This document shows positions 25,053 to 38,860 of a DNA stretch of 64,000 nucleotides, piece after piece. A program made the position numbers and the translations under genes. Source of the stretch: Takakia lepidozioides (lineage: Eukaryota > Plantae > Bryophyta); assembly GCA_030704615.1 (NCBI GenBank), contig CM060732.1, positions 37,882,001-37,946,000 on the forward strand, written 5' to 3'. Within the stretch, counting starts at the first letter, position 1; each line of letters begins with the position of its first letter. The notes beneath the pieces were generated by a model. It saw only the letters and a program-made list of their open reading frames with translations, was not told where the DNA came from and searched no databases.

Positions 25053-25552
25053 NNNNNNNNNNNNNNNNNNNNNNNNNNNNNNNNNNNNNNNNNNNNNNNN
25101 NNNNNNNNNNNNNNNNNNNNNNNNNNNNNNNNNNNNNNNNNNNNNNNNNNNNNNNNNNNNNNNNNNNNNNNNNNNNNNNNNNNNNNNNNNNNNNNNNNNN
25201 NNNNNNNNNNNNNNNNNNNNNNNNNNNNNNNNNNNNNNNNNNNNNNNNNNNNNNNNNNNNNNNNNNNNNNNNNNNNNNNNNNNNNNNNNNNNNNNNNNNN
25301 NNNNNNNNNNNNNNNNNNNNNNNNNNNNNNNNNNNNNNNNNNNNNNNNNNNNNNNNNNNNNNNNNNNNNNNNNNNNNNNNNNNNNNNNNNNNNNNNNNNN
25401 NNNNNNNNNNNNNNNNNNNNNNNNNNNNNNNNNNNNNNNNNNNNNNNNNNNNNNNNNNNNNNNNNNNNNNNNNNNNNNNNNNNNNNNNNNNNNNNNNNNN
25501 NNNNNNNNNNNNNNNNNNNNNNNNNNNNNNNNNNNNNNNNNNNNNNNNNNNN
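25053..25552. other. Assembly gap (500 N)
   Basis: Run of N. The ORFs spanning it are artefacts. Confidence 1.
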
Positions 25553-27680
25553 ATCTCCTATGCCGGAAAGATTACCTCGATATCAGCCTCCAGAAGGCCT
25601 CACTTATCCAGGTAATGATCAACCATCTCCGTCAACCAGAGACAGACCTCGGGCTCGTACACACAGCCCGCCACGAAACTCTCAACGTCAACAAGGTGCT
25701 CACTCACAAAGGGTTGCTACTCAGAAACAGTAAACCGTGAGGACACGGCTTTTTGAGGGAGGAAGGGGTAAATGTTAGAGGACTGTAGGGGACTTAGACA
25801 CTTATACGGGATCTGTAGGGTACCCTTAATTTTTGCACAGACTGAGACAAACAGGAACCTTAGGGGTGACAGCAGCGCACTGTAGAGGGGGGTTACATAG
25901 CCCACACAGCCGTCACAACCCACACAGCCAACACAGCCCGTCACAGTCGTCACAGCCCACACAGCCGTCACAGCCCACACAGCCAACACATCCCGTCACA
26001 GTCGTCACAGCCCACACAGCCGTCACAGCCCACACAGCCCACACAGCCGTCACAGTCGTCACAGCCCACACAGCCCACACAGCCCGTCACAGTCGTCACA
26101 GCAGACACAGCCCACACAGCCAGTCACAACCCGGCACAGCCACACAGCCAGTCACAGCCCGACACAGCCAAACACAGCCAGTCACCGCTTGACACAGCTG
26201 TCACGATAATAGGGAACGAAGAGTAGGACAGGGAACGACTGTGGGGAACAACACCAGTGAAGGGAACATGTTAGTTCACATACGACGGTTAGAGAGGGAA
26301 ACGGTTAGAACCGCGGATAGGAGGATAAAGGGAAGAACGGGGAATGATGAGGGGATCATGATTATTATTATGGGAAGGAGGATTACGGAGTCATACGGGA
26401 GCGGAAGTCGGTGAGCACGATGAAGGAGGAAAGAGGATTAGTAGATGCTTGTTATATGCAAAGCTGTAGGGATATTGTAGAGGAGAATAGAGACACAATG
26501 GCTTCGGCCTGATACCTGATAAATCATAATCTGATACTTATACGATACAATCACACTATGTAGAGAGATCTGAGTGAAGCTGTGGATTGAATGGAGGAGT
26601 GAAGGAAACCGATAAATTGATGAAGCAAACTGATACTTAATTATCAATGGTAAGGTAGCTAAGATGAATGCGGAAAAGGAAACAAATAGGAAACACCCCC
26701 ATGATACACTAGCTGTAGGTCATGACTGATTGTTCTGCGCGGGCTGAGTACTTAGAGATTTCCAACTCTTCTATCTTGGAGTTTCCGCCTCGGATAGCGA
26801 AGGGATGGGTGAGTAAAAGCCGCGCGACAAACATCAACCCAGAAACAAAGAAAGCACGAGATGCCACAATTGCAAGAAAGAGGGACACTGGAAACATGAA
26901 TGTCAGTTGCGAATCAAGCATGAGACAGAATTGGGAAATATGGAAGCCGGACCAAGTATAGCCATAAGTGTGGTAACCCCTGTAGTGGATACTCTTGCGG
27001 TAACCCAAACTCAGGCCAAGAAACAGAAACCTCCAGATAAGGAGATTGAAGAAGAACGGAAACAATATCCAGAAAGTGCAGCATGGCAGGAGGAAAAGAG
27101 CTTACACCAAGAAGTCAGTAAAACCATAGCTCAAATGCAAGAGGGAACCCATATACCTTCTGGAGAGCCAAATCCAAATAAGCAAATCAGACCAACGGTG
27201 AAGACCATGAATACAACCACGGAAACAGAATTGGCCGAAGTAATCTGCCAGACCAAGACCCAAATTACCATTGGACAATTATTAAAAATTGCTCCACATT
27301 GCAAGAAAACTTTATTTTGGGCAATCGAGGCATTGACCCCCACACCAAAACAAAAACCAACACCAGAGGTTTACACGATTAAAACCACAACTATACGACA
27401 AACTCCAGATTACGACGAAGTAGTACCCGTAATACAAGTACATATTGGACGGAAGATGGTAACAAATGTACTCATCGATGGAGGATTAGGAGTGAATATC
27501 ATGACAGAAAAGATGAAGAAGTCATTAGGATTGGGGCACATGGAACCTGCTCCATTCACGGTACGAATGGCTGATCAACGAAAAGTGCAGCCATTAGGGA
27601 TCATCAGACGACTTGCAATGGAAGTAGCAGGACTGGTATACGAAATATCAGTAACCATTCTCAGAATGGAGGAATTTGCT
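25553..27680 (+). mobile_element. Ty3/Gypsy fragment: LTR/leader with CACAGCC tract (25895-26200), then gag end and aspartic protease
   Basis: Protease VLIDGGLGVNIM...VRMADQRKVQPLG is homologous to 33118-33591. The leader 25815-26260 is homologous (inverted) to 35920-36310. Confidence 0.8.
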
Positions 27681-28806
27681 CCATACTCCGTTGGTATCAT
27701 TGGCGCAGCCCGTGACTGCTTTTGCGTTTCAACATGCAAATCGTGCTGCAATGGTTTGTCATGGATACCACTGTACCTCTTCAACTTATTGGCATTGACT
27801 CTTCCCAACATCTCATTGTTAATGGTTTGTAACATGGCTGTGTTGTTATCATACATCTTCTGTATGACATAAGGTCCTTTCCATGGTGATTTAAGCTTAG
27901 AAACTTTAATCTTCCCCTTCTTCTGCAACCAGAGAACCAAATCTCCCGTCTTAAAAGTCTTTAATTTGCCTTCATCAAACTGTTCCTTCCTCTTCATCTG
28001 AATTCTGGTCATGTTATCAGCTACATCAGCTCGTACTTCTTCCACATGGTATAATTCATGTTTCCTGACCTTAATTGAATCTTCCAATTCCATTCTCTTT
28101 CCCCATTCCGTTCTCATGGTAGGTAACAAGAATTCCACTGGAAGTAAAGCTTCCATGCCATACACTAATTGGAATGGTGTATACTTAGTGGTGACTTTAT
28201 ATGAAGTCCTGTATGACCACAAAGCTGTCAGCAGCTTTGTATCCCAATCCGTTCTGTTTGCATTGACTTGTAGTGTGAAAAGAAGGGGCGTGAATCCCCT
28301 TCTGGGTGATTCTAATCTGTACTCCTCCCCAGTTGAAGTCAAAGCAAAAGGAAGGAACGTTCTAGTGATCCAACCATCTTCACATGGTTGTGGGTTTCCC
28401 TCAATTCGTTCGTGATCAGAGTTCATGCAATCCTCATCCACGCTGCAGCGGAAGAGAAGACATGGATGGGGAGTTTTGAATTGTTCTTGCTCTTGGTTCT
28501 ACTTTTACACAACAGCCTTTGCCCTATGATCACAGCGCCAGCAGTGCTGCCATGATCTTTTCAGGTGATGCAACCAGCCCTATGACAGCGATAAACACGA
28601 CCCTTAATGTGAAGCTCCCTTGAGCAGTGACACGTCGGAAGCCCCCTTTGTAATGGTGGTTCAGGTTTAGAGGGTGGCAGCTCAGATCTGCCATGAACTG
28701 CAGGGCCACTGGTCTCTTTCAGGGTTCATGTTTCCTTCATCTCATCTCCCCAAATTGGCCATCCCCCATCAACCCCAATTACTGAGCAGCTCTCTCCCTT
28801 CCCAAA

Positions 28807-28850
<44 letters not shown>

Positions 28851-28981
28851 GGTCTACAGGTTCCTCACTTCTTCAACAGCAGCATATCTACCATGCAATG
28901 CAATGCACACTCAGCCAGGCATCCAGTGCACCCAGCCTTGAAATCATCCTCGGTCACACAAGACATAACCATCCCATTCAT

Positions 28982-29029
<48 letters not shown>

Positions 29030-32000
29030 CCAATGTCCAACCCTTCACACTACCTTTTTCCAAAAGAGGCCATTGCCCAAACAGCTCTCAACCTTTCTAC
29101 AGGTTTCAACCAAATACCCCAACAACCCTCTTTTCCCTTCAACTGTGAACCTCAGTTGTTCATACCCTGAGACCATACTGGAATTCAGTTCCAAAAGCAA
29201 ATCAGTGTCGGTGTTGCTTCCCCATCCACATTATCCTTACTCTATTTTCAACAGTTCTAACTAACCCTCATTGGTGTATGCAATCAGGCAAGCTAGGTCT
29301 ACATTGGTTCCAGTGTACCAATACCCAGGGCAGCATTGTGTGCAGGTTCATAACACTGAAACAAAGAACAAGAATGAAGACAGACAGTGACCGTTCTGAT
29401 TCAGTGACAAGCAGTCTCTTCCCCCACTCATTTCTCCTACTGACACTATGACATCAGGTGCATCCATCTTTTCCCTATCCTGGTTTGAAGTCCAGAGTCT
29501 CCATTCCATTTCCAAAACCTTTTTCCTTCATCACATATCTCTACCTCCTTCTCTTCTACAAAGAGCCAGTCCTAAATCCACATCAAAACGATTTCTAAGT
29601 CTCCCCCCAAAAACCCCCGAAAACCGAAGCCCACAGTCTACGAACTTATCTGTTTTATCCTCCAGCGAAGCGGTGGATCTGCCTGCCAAGATGGCACCTC
29701 ACCATCGCCTGTCAGCAGCCACTTCAACCTATTCTCCTTGTCTTGATTCCAGTATTTATCATGCCATGATGGCTCCTCTTCATCCTATGGAACATCCTGT
29801 GGCTTGCCAACTAAATACTCTATCCTTCTATGCGTGCAATTCTTCCCTAAGAATTGACATGGTCCTATAGTAAGAAGACACAAAAGCAGCTATAAGCTTT
29901 GATTACAGATAACTTGAGTTGCCATCCAGCCAGCACTTCACATGCCTCATCTCCTCCATTGATTGTGCCCACAACTCACTTCCTTGTGCTTCCGGCAGCT
30001 GGCCGTTTTCCTTGCTTGCTCATCTGCCCATAACTGTTCTCTTCAAGTCAATGGCGACAGCGGTGGCGTGCTGCTCTTCTTACATGCTCCTACTCCAGGA
30101 ATTGATCATCACTACGAGAAAAGCGGCACCGCTTCCCTTTACACAGAATACCAAGCAGAAGCACTTAATGCCGCTCTCTAAACCAAGCAGAGTCCCATAG
30201 CGTAGGTACAACCTCCCAAAAACAGACTGCCCTGCCAACCCCACTGCTCCAGCAGCTGCTAAGAGTTGCCCGTCATCTTCCTCTTCGTTTTCCTCAACCC
30301 ACGTTTCTAGGTTAAACACCTGGGATGAAAACGTTCATCCTACGGATGAAAATACGCATGGTCATGACTTAGCCATTTTTATCCTGGCAAAGCATAAGCA
30401 CAGTATGCCCATGAAATTACCTGCATGCAGGGATATATCCCTCCTGCAGTTGTACCCGGGCACTCCCGTTGTAGTGATGCAGAATCTTAATGGTAAAACA
30501 AATTTTTTATGTCACTCCCCTGCATTCACACTACAGACTATCTTAGCCAAGATAGTACATAGTATTTTGTTGGTAGCCTCTGCCTGCCCATTACCTTGTG
30601 GGTAATACGTTCTACTCTTCCTATGCACAATCATGAACTCTTTAGTCAATAGATCAATGGTCTCATTAATGAAGTGACTTCCCTGATCACTGATAAATTC
30701 CAAGGGACAGCCAAATCGGGTAATTATGTTCTCATACAGGAACCTTGTTGTGGACTTGGCTGTGTTGTCCCTCAAAGCTTTAGCTTCCACCCACTTCGTA
30801 GTATAATCAGTGGCTGTAATTATATACTTGTTCTGCGTATTCTTGGCCGGTGGGTTAATTGGTCCAACAAAGTCTAGTCCCCATTTCTGAAATGGTTCAG
30901 TAGGCATCGTAGGATGCAAAGCCATCTTTCCAGATCTCTGCAAAGGTCCTAGCCTCTGACATTCATCACAACTCTGACAATACTTGTGTACATCTTTGAA
31001 CAAAGTAGGCCACCAGTAACCCGCAAGTAGTATCTTCCTACTAGTAGTCTCTTCTCCAAAATGACCTCCAGCCACTCCTTTATGAACTTCCTCCAAAACT
31101 TTATTCACTTCATGGTGGTACAAGCATCGTTTAAGTACTCCATCAGGTCCTAGCTTATACATTCTGCCCCCTACCATAGTATAAGGTAAAGCCTTGATAG
31201 CGATTCTCTTCCTCTGCTCCTTACCATAACTAGGTGGGCACTGACCATGAGTAAGGTAGTATCTGATTGGCCACTGCCAATCTAACCATTCATCTGCACT
31301 TCCTTGCACCTCCATTGCAAATAAACTCGCATCAGGTAATTGGTCGTCTACTCCTGTGGCGGCCTCTCCTGTTGTTAGGCATGACAAATGATCTGCCACA
31401 AGATGCAAACGGCTAGGCTTGTAAACAACTTCGAACTCAAACTCGTGCAAGATTATTAACCACCTCGTTATCCTTCCACTTATCAAAGGTTTGTTCACCA
31501 GATATATCAGAGCCTGGTGATCCACATAAAACATAAACTTTCTTCCCAATAGGTAATGCCTGAATTTCTTGACTGCATAAATCATTGCCAGTGCTTCTCT
31601 TTCAGTTGTGCTATAGTTCCTTTCAGCACTGTTCATCAACCTGCTAGCATAGTACACAGGTGAATCTATATTTCCTGTAACATTTTGGGCTAACACTGCT
31701 CCCAACGCTTCTCCTGAGGCATCACAGTGAACATGAAATACTACATGCCAGTGAGGGTTAATCAGCACAGGTGTAGTTGTTACTGACAATGTAAGTTCCT
31801 CAAAAGCCTGTTGACATTCAGCTGTCCATGCAAACACTGCATCTTTCTTCAGAAGCTTGCTCAATGGTGCTGCTATCTGTGCATACCTTTTGACAAATCT
31901 TTTGTAATAACTGGTTTGTCCAAGGAATCTCCTTAGACTCTTAACATTTACTGGTGGTGGTGAGGCTTTAATGGCCTCTGTCTTCCTGGGATCCATAAGA

Positions 32001-34735
32001 AGTCCTCTCTTACACACAATGTATCCCAGAAGCACCCCTGAGTTCACACAGAAAGTACACTTCTCTGGATTCAGGCCCAGACCTCTCATTCTGCATCTGG
32101 CCAAACATAACTCCAATTTATGCAAGTGCTCATTCTTAGAGTTGTACACACTGAAATCATCCAAGAACACCTGCATGAAATCATCTAGATACTCATGAAA
32201 AGATTCACTTATCACTCTCTGAAAGGTTGCTGGTGCATTACAAAGACCAAAAGGCATGACTTTGTATGCATAAGCACCCCAGTCTGTGATGAAAGCCGTC
32301 TTTCCCTTGTCTTCTTCTGCCACTTGCACTTGATTATAACCACTGAAGCCATCCATGAATGAGTACATCTCATGGCCTGCCACAGTGTCCAATACCGCTT
32401 CTGTGAATGGCAAAGGGAAAGGATCTTTCTTCGTGCAAGCATTCAACTCCTTATAGTTCACACAAACTCTCAGTTACCATTCTTCTTGGGAACTATCACA
32501 ATGGGTGACAACCAAGTTGTATACTCTATCGGGTATATAAACTTAGCCTCAGCCAACTTCTTGATCTCTTCTCCAACCTTTTGTGCATAGTTGGGATTCA
32601 TTCTGTACCTTGCTTGTTTGATTGGTACTGACCCTGGTTCCAGTTCAATCTTATGCTGACAGATCTCAGGTGGTATCCTTTTTAGATCCTCGCAGCTCCA
32701 AGCAAATACATCTTTGTATTTGATGAACAAACTCTTAGCTTCCTCAAAGAATTCTGGCTCCAAATCAGCCCCTACCTTCACCATCCTCGGTTCCTCTTCA
32801 GTTCCCACATTCACTTCTCTCACCTGCTCATCAGCTGTGATTGTCCAACCAGTCACCACTTCATCCTGTAAACTCACAGTGGCTGGTTCCTCTAGGATTT
32901 CCATTTCTCCTTCTCTTTCTTCATAAAAATGTGGTGGGTAACTGCTTATTTCTCCTTCAATTGGTGTTGCTGTCACTACACCACAACAGATACCTTTTAA
33001 ACAACTTAGGCCTTCCAGCTGCATCTCTGCAACCTGCTCCCACTCTAGGTGTGCAGCAAATAGGGTAGCTTCCTGCTCCTCATCCAGTCTTCCCCTCCAG
33101 TCATACTCCCTGACCCCTCAAGGTCTTCTCGTAGCAGGTAATCTACTAGATTTCTTAGTGGTAATTTGTATCTTGTGCATCCCCTTATGCACAGTTAGTA
33201 ACTGGGAATTCCAGTCATGGAATACCCTGGCCTGTTTCAGCCACGGACATCCCAATAATAAGGAGTAAGCCTCCATGACTTCATCCATTTTCAACACAGT
33301 TACTGTGATCATAAATATCATCTTTTGAATCTGTATCTTAACTCCTCTTATCAATCCCAATGGCTGTACACTTCTTTGATCTGCCATTGTTACTGTAAAT
33401 GGGGCTGGTTTCATGTTACTTAGACCAAGCTTCTGTCTTAATTGGTCTGTCATGATATTCACTCCAGAGCCTCCATCTATCAGTACATCAGTTAGTTCTG
33501 TGCTTCCAATTCTCAATTGGATTATTGGCATAGAATCATCAAAGTCCATGACTGTTTTTCGCCCTTCCGGCTTCACATTATAACTGGTCACCTTGTTGTT
33601 CAGGTCTGTGTTTCCTGTTGTCTACAATAAGGTGCCACAGCCAATAGCTGTCCAATGGTAATCTCTGCTTTGGACTGGCATATTACTTCAGCCAAAGTCC
33701 CTTCATTACTCTGCATGTCTGCAGCTTCTTTCTTCCCTTCATCCTCACTCACTTCCTCTTCTCCATCAGAATCAGAGGAATCTGCCATAGGAATATCAGT
33801 ACTCTTCTGCATTTCCCTTATGGTATCTGCCACTTCCTTGTGCAGTTCCTTCTCATCTCTCCAAGCCTCATCATCTTCAGGCACATCACTGCCATCTTCA
33901 TTATCATCATCTTCCTCAACCACTGGAGGTATTAGTTTGGCTTTGCTTCTTGTTACTATCATTGTACTTACTTTTGGTACAACACATGGCCTAACCATGT
34001 GAGCTGCCACCACTGGGCCCTCATTCACAGGAGCTCTCATCTCATTCTGGTGTCTGATCCAGAACAAACAGACTGCCTTGCGATGTCCTGGCTGATTACA
34101 ATAGTAACACAGTTCTTCACCATTGGGTCCTCACCCTTGGTCTGTTCTAGGATTATTTCTGTAATCCTGATTCCCTGGCTAGTAATTCCCCCTTGGATTA
34201 CCCTGATAGTTGGCCCTGGAATTTCATTGGTAATTCCCTCTTGGATTACCTCTCCCTTCCATACCATTGTTATAACCACCAGGCCTACCATAGTGGTCCT
34301 GATCACTGTTTCTTCTTGGCTAGGGCTGCACTTGATGCACCCTTACTTGCCTAGGTTCTGTAACTGCTGTCCTTCTGTTGTAGTAACAATTCTCAGTAGA
34401 ATGGTTATCCATTTTACAGATAGTACAGTGTTTCTCCTTCATGTGGCATTCAGTGGTGGTATGGCCTTCATTCTGACACTTTGCACACCAAACACCCTTC
34501 CTCCAATGTGTTGCAGCCTCTGTGGCATACTTCTTGAAGATTTCTTCTAATCTTTTCTCATAGTTATCCCTCTTCAACTTCTCTTTTCTCTTACTCTTCC
34601 TTTTCAGTTCTTGCTCTTCTTCTTCATCTGACTCATCCTCAGAGTCCTCATCATCCATTTTCTCTCTCCTGAGCATTCCCAATTGCTCAATTCTGTTAGC
34701 TCTTTCAAATGCCTCCTCCATTGTATTATGGGGTA
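27681..34735 (-). mobile_element. Ty3/Gypsy gag-PR-RT-RNaseH-INT, degenerate, integrase split by solo LTR 28269-30535
   Basis: gag CCHC knuckles (34100-34500), protease [28 protein letters not shown] and FLDD, RNase [10 protein letters not shown], integrase WGLDF, SDQG and GQAEATN, and C-terminal WKGPY. Confidence 0.95.
28269..30535. mobile_element. Solo LTR, TGTAGTGTGAA family, copy 2, with (CT)n tracts
   Basis: Termini TGTAGTGTGAA...TTCACACTACA with a 4-bp TSD GACT. Excision restores integrase ILAKIVNANRTDW. Confidence 0.92.
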
Positions 34736-35621
34736 ACATATCCGTGCAGCAGGATTTCGAATGGTGCAACGCACAGACATCCCGGCCCACGCATTTCCGG
34801 TTCCTCAGACCTAGCCATTGCAGACTGCTCGGTCCAGTAGAGACGGATTGGACAATTCTGCACATCCCACAATGCGATTCGGAAGAGTGAAGAGACAACA
34901 CCCTCCCAACAAGTTGAATGAGACTCGGATTGCCAATGCTCTTGGGATGGCTTGCACTATTCAGAGCTCCGTGGACGTACCCCCACCCGGCCTTGGGCGT
35001 GTGTATCGGATGGCAATGGCCGGCTCGGCTGTACGCGACGATGTATACCCAATTTACGATTGGAGTAGAGCCGACTTGCAATTGTACGGACTTCTCGTTG
35101 ATGGAAGCAAAGAAGGGTTCGAAGTATTATCCGTGCAAGCATCTGTATTACATTTACCTGAAGAGGTTGAGGATGAACGTGACTATTGATGACTTTATTC
35201 ATGCACCGGCGTTGAGCGTGAACGAGCTGCACAAACTCCTCTTTAGGGATTCCAGAAATCATTGATGGGGCAAAGGGAATCCTCCATATGGATATTTTCA
35301 ATTGCATTTTGCTGTATCAGACTTTTTTTTTGCAGTGTAATGAAATGCACCCCAAAACTCCTGGAATGAGGCAATATTCCATTCAAACTGAGATCTAACA
35401 GAAGCAGTTGTGGGGCCATTTCTGGAAAAATGGCGCCGAATTTCTCTTTTTGGGGCCGAAAACTGGCTAAGTCCCAACATGCACTGGTACCTGTGTCTGG
35501 GAAAATGGCGCCGAATTTCTCTTTTTTGGGCCAAAAACTGGCTAAGTCCCAACATGCACTAGTACCATGTCTGGAAAAATGGCGCCGAATTACCTGTCAT
35601 GAGGGGACCTATAGCCGCGGA
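34736..35621 (+). mobile_element. MULE-family fragment (SWIM ORF plus GGCGCC array), inverted homolog of 24170-25052
   Basis: PTCNCTDFSLMEAKKGSKYYPCKHLYY. AAAATGGCGCCGAATTTC repeats at 35425-35592. Confidence 0.85.
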
Positions 35622-36320
35622 AGTGTCTCTCTACACAGTATGTTTGTATCGATTCAGTATCAGATTAAGATTAATCATGTATCATGCCTATGCCATGGTG
35701 TCTCTATTTTATCTACTGTATAATTTTACAGCTTGCATGAACTAAGCCTCATTCAAGTCATCATCTCCTCTTCACTGTTTCCGCTCTCCGTTACGTCTCC
35801 TCCTCTCCTGAACAAGTCGCCCTCCTCAAGAAGTGATCCCCTTCCTGTTGCCGCTCTGCCTAATCTACCCGCAAGCTGTTCTAGCCACCTAACTAACTAA
35901 CCGTCACCCCTGAAGTAACACGTTCCCTCTACAAATGTCGTTCCCACACAGTCGTTCCCTGCCATTGATAACTGTTCCCCATGCACTGTGACAGGTTGTG
36001 TCAAGCTGTGCCGAGCTGTGACTGGCTGTGTAAAGCTGTGTCGGGTTGTGACTGGCTGTGTCTAGCTGTGATAGACCGTGACGGGCTGTGTAAAGTTGTG
36101 TCGGGCTGTGACTGGCTGTGCGAAGCTGTGTCGGGCTGTGTGAAGCTGTGTCGGATTGTGACTGGATGTGCGAAGCTGTGTCGGGCTGTGATAGACTGTG
36201 ACGGGCTGTGTAAATCTGTGTCCTGCCACCCCTAAGGCTCCTGTTGGTCTCAGTCTGCGCAAAAATTAAGGGTACCCCACAGAACCCATAAAAGCGTCTA
36301 AGTCCCAAGCAGCCCTCTAA
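35622..36320 (-). mobile_element. LTR/leader fragment with GGCTGTG (CACAGCC) tract
   Basis: Reverse-complement homology to 25815-26260 (e.g. GGGTACCCTTAATTTTTGC.CAGACTGAGAC). Confidence 0.75.
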
Positions 36321-38204
36321 CAGATTCATGGCACTCAAAGCCATTGGGGAAGACAGTATACATGGGGCATCGACGTTACCTTGCAAGAAACCACCCCTAC
36401 CGACGAGCAAGAAGGCACTTCAATGGATGTGTTGAAAGGAGAATGGCACCAAATGCTGTGACACCGGAGGAGACATTGCAATTTGCAAGAAAGAGGCATT
36501 CATAGAGATTGGAGGGAGAGAAGGAAGTAGTGCGGATCCAGCCATGGAGCACGGGGTGAAGCGCCGGACAATCCTTTGGGATTTGCCATACTGAAAGGTG
36601 CATGAATTCTCTCCCCCCCCCCCCCCCCATTCACTCACTTTCTTTCACATTGTGCATCCTGGAATTACCTTTACTGTCAGGAGTCCTTCCACCAACTCCT
36701 AAGTCAGTGTAACTACTATGCAGTAGATGTTGAAGTCATACACCTCACTGTGGAGAGGATCGTGCAGTTGTTGAAAGCAGAACGTAGTAACATGGACAAC
36801 TTCTGCCACATATTCTACTATTTTTGCCCATCTAACTTGGTCTCAATTGAGGACATCTGGCATTTCAAGACCTCTTGCAGCGGTACCTCCTGGACCCCAT
36901 GCATTGTGAGAAGAACTTTTGCGAGAACATTCTGAAGACGATCTTTGGGGAGAAGGATACGATAAACGTACGAAAGGACATGGAGATTTGTGAAGGTGTG
37001 GGATACGAGGGACATTACATCGTTGCGTGAGGATGTGGCTATGACCCTTTGTTTGTTGGAGAAAGAATTCCCTCCATCATTCTTTGACGTCATGATGCAC
37101 TTGCTAGTGCATCTTGTAGAGGAGCTGCATGTGTGTGAGCCCATAGCCAGCCATTGGATGTACCCCATGGAGAGGTACATGAAGGATCTGAAGGGGTATG
37201 TACGCAACATGGCACGGCCAGAGGGGAGTATGGTGGAGGGCTACATCCGCGATGAAGCCCTGGGCTTCATGACAGAGTATATGTCTTCATTTGATGCAAC
37301 ACAACGACGGGTGTGGGACGAGAATGAGGAAGAAGGAGTTGTAGGCGAGGTCCTAGAAGGTGGTGGAACAAAGCGTGCCATGAGCCCGCGCATTCGGGAT
37401 GTGGCACATGATTATGTGTTGAACAACACAACAACCATGACACCATGGAGACAGTGGTTGTAAACTTACATCCCTCTTGTGCTTTTCCTAATGGTCTTTG
37501 TATGCTGGAATTACCTATACTGTCACAAGTCATTCTGGCCAATATGGGAGTGGGATCGTGTACTAACAAGGTGCTTCAGACGACTACAGAGGGTGTTTCG
37601 TAGTTAGTGTTATTGCTTGCAAGTGATTATGAAGTAGGCTGCATCACTACAGTGTGCTTGAAAGGGCACAATCTGCATGTGGCATGCATGTACAGTACGG
37701 TGTTGGTCAGGGGGACTAAGTTGCAGCTTCTATTTGGTTTCTGCCAGAAAGTACGCAGTGGAGAAGGTCCGCCTAAAAACGGAACGGAGTGCATTTGCAA
37801 AAGCATGGCGGAGGGGCGGTTGTAGGCGCAGATCCCCGGTGGAGTACCCCACAACAATGGAGGAGTTGCAGCCCTTTGTAGTGTGGGTCAGATCTGCAGT
37901 TGCAGTGTACGCATCAGAGAACGAGGACCCAGATCAGGGCATGGTGAGTCTGTCATTCCCCCCGGGGTTGATTGCCACTTCGTACCGCTCAATGAAAGCT
38001 TATGGCAATCATTATAGAGTGGACGATGCCAACACCAGCCTCCTGGTGACTTATGACAGCGGATTGACATCATTTTTTGAACAAGAGAGTAGGAGCTGTG
38101 CACGAGATCGGAATCCAATGTCGTGCGCATACACATCGCTACACAACTACATCGCTGTCCAAACCACACCACACATATATGTACAATAAAGTAGTATACC
38201 ACAA

Positions 38205-38860
38205 TGGTGAGAAGGAGGCAAGTGATGCTTGCTTGCTGAACCTGTAGCCCATGGCTAACCAGGGTAACTGAAGGTCCCAATCTCCTAGGTGTCCCTTCTG
38301 CAAGCCATACTTGCGCAAACCCCTCTTTACTGTCTGAACAACTCTCTCTGCCAAGCCATCGGCCTCAGGATGATCCCGAGAAGTGGTGCGGTGGTCTATC
38401 AAGGCCTTGTCACACAAAGCCTGAAACTCCCCCAAGAACTCTCTCCCTTGGTCCGTGAGTACCTCAGCTGGAGCACCGAATCGGCTAAGCACACAATCCA
38501 AGAATGCATACGCAGCTCCCTCACTAGCCTTATCAGGCAATGGAACCAATTCAATCCACTTGGAGAAGTGCTCCACCATCACCAACACGTACTTGTTGTG
38601 GCGCATGGTCAGTGGCAACGGCCCTGCGAAGTCAAGACTCCACCTGTAGCCCAATCCCATGATCGGAAGAGGGTGCAATTGTGGAGTAGGGGCGTTGAAT
38701 GAAGCACGCACCCTGTCACACACCATGCACCTAGCCACAAATTGTTGCACCTCTGTGTGCATACCACGCCACCAATACTGCCCCTGCAGTAGGCTATGGG
38801 TGCGTCGCACCCCAAAATGCCCCAACTCCTCGTGGGCATGCCGCACTAACCGTGCCCGCT
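38205..38860 (-). CDS. Gypsy integrase (HHCC plus DDE core), C-terminally truncated
   Basis: AHEELGHFG...CMVCDR, WSLDF, LTDQG and GLAERVV. Confidence 0.92.

Noticed and set aside
24865-25740. Long ORFs of 218-291 aa
   Set aside because: They exist only because they read through the N gap.
25833-26192. His/Ser/Gln/Thr-rich ORFs (also 19875-20267 and 35904-36410)
   Set aside because: Products of CACAGCC-type simple repeats.
28813-29026. (CT)n tracts and SLSLSL ORF; also (TG)n at 58611-58630 and poly-G at 52048-52065
   Set aside because: Ordinary microsatellites and homopolymers.
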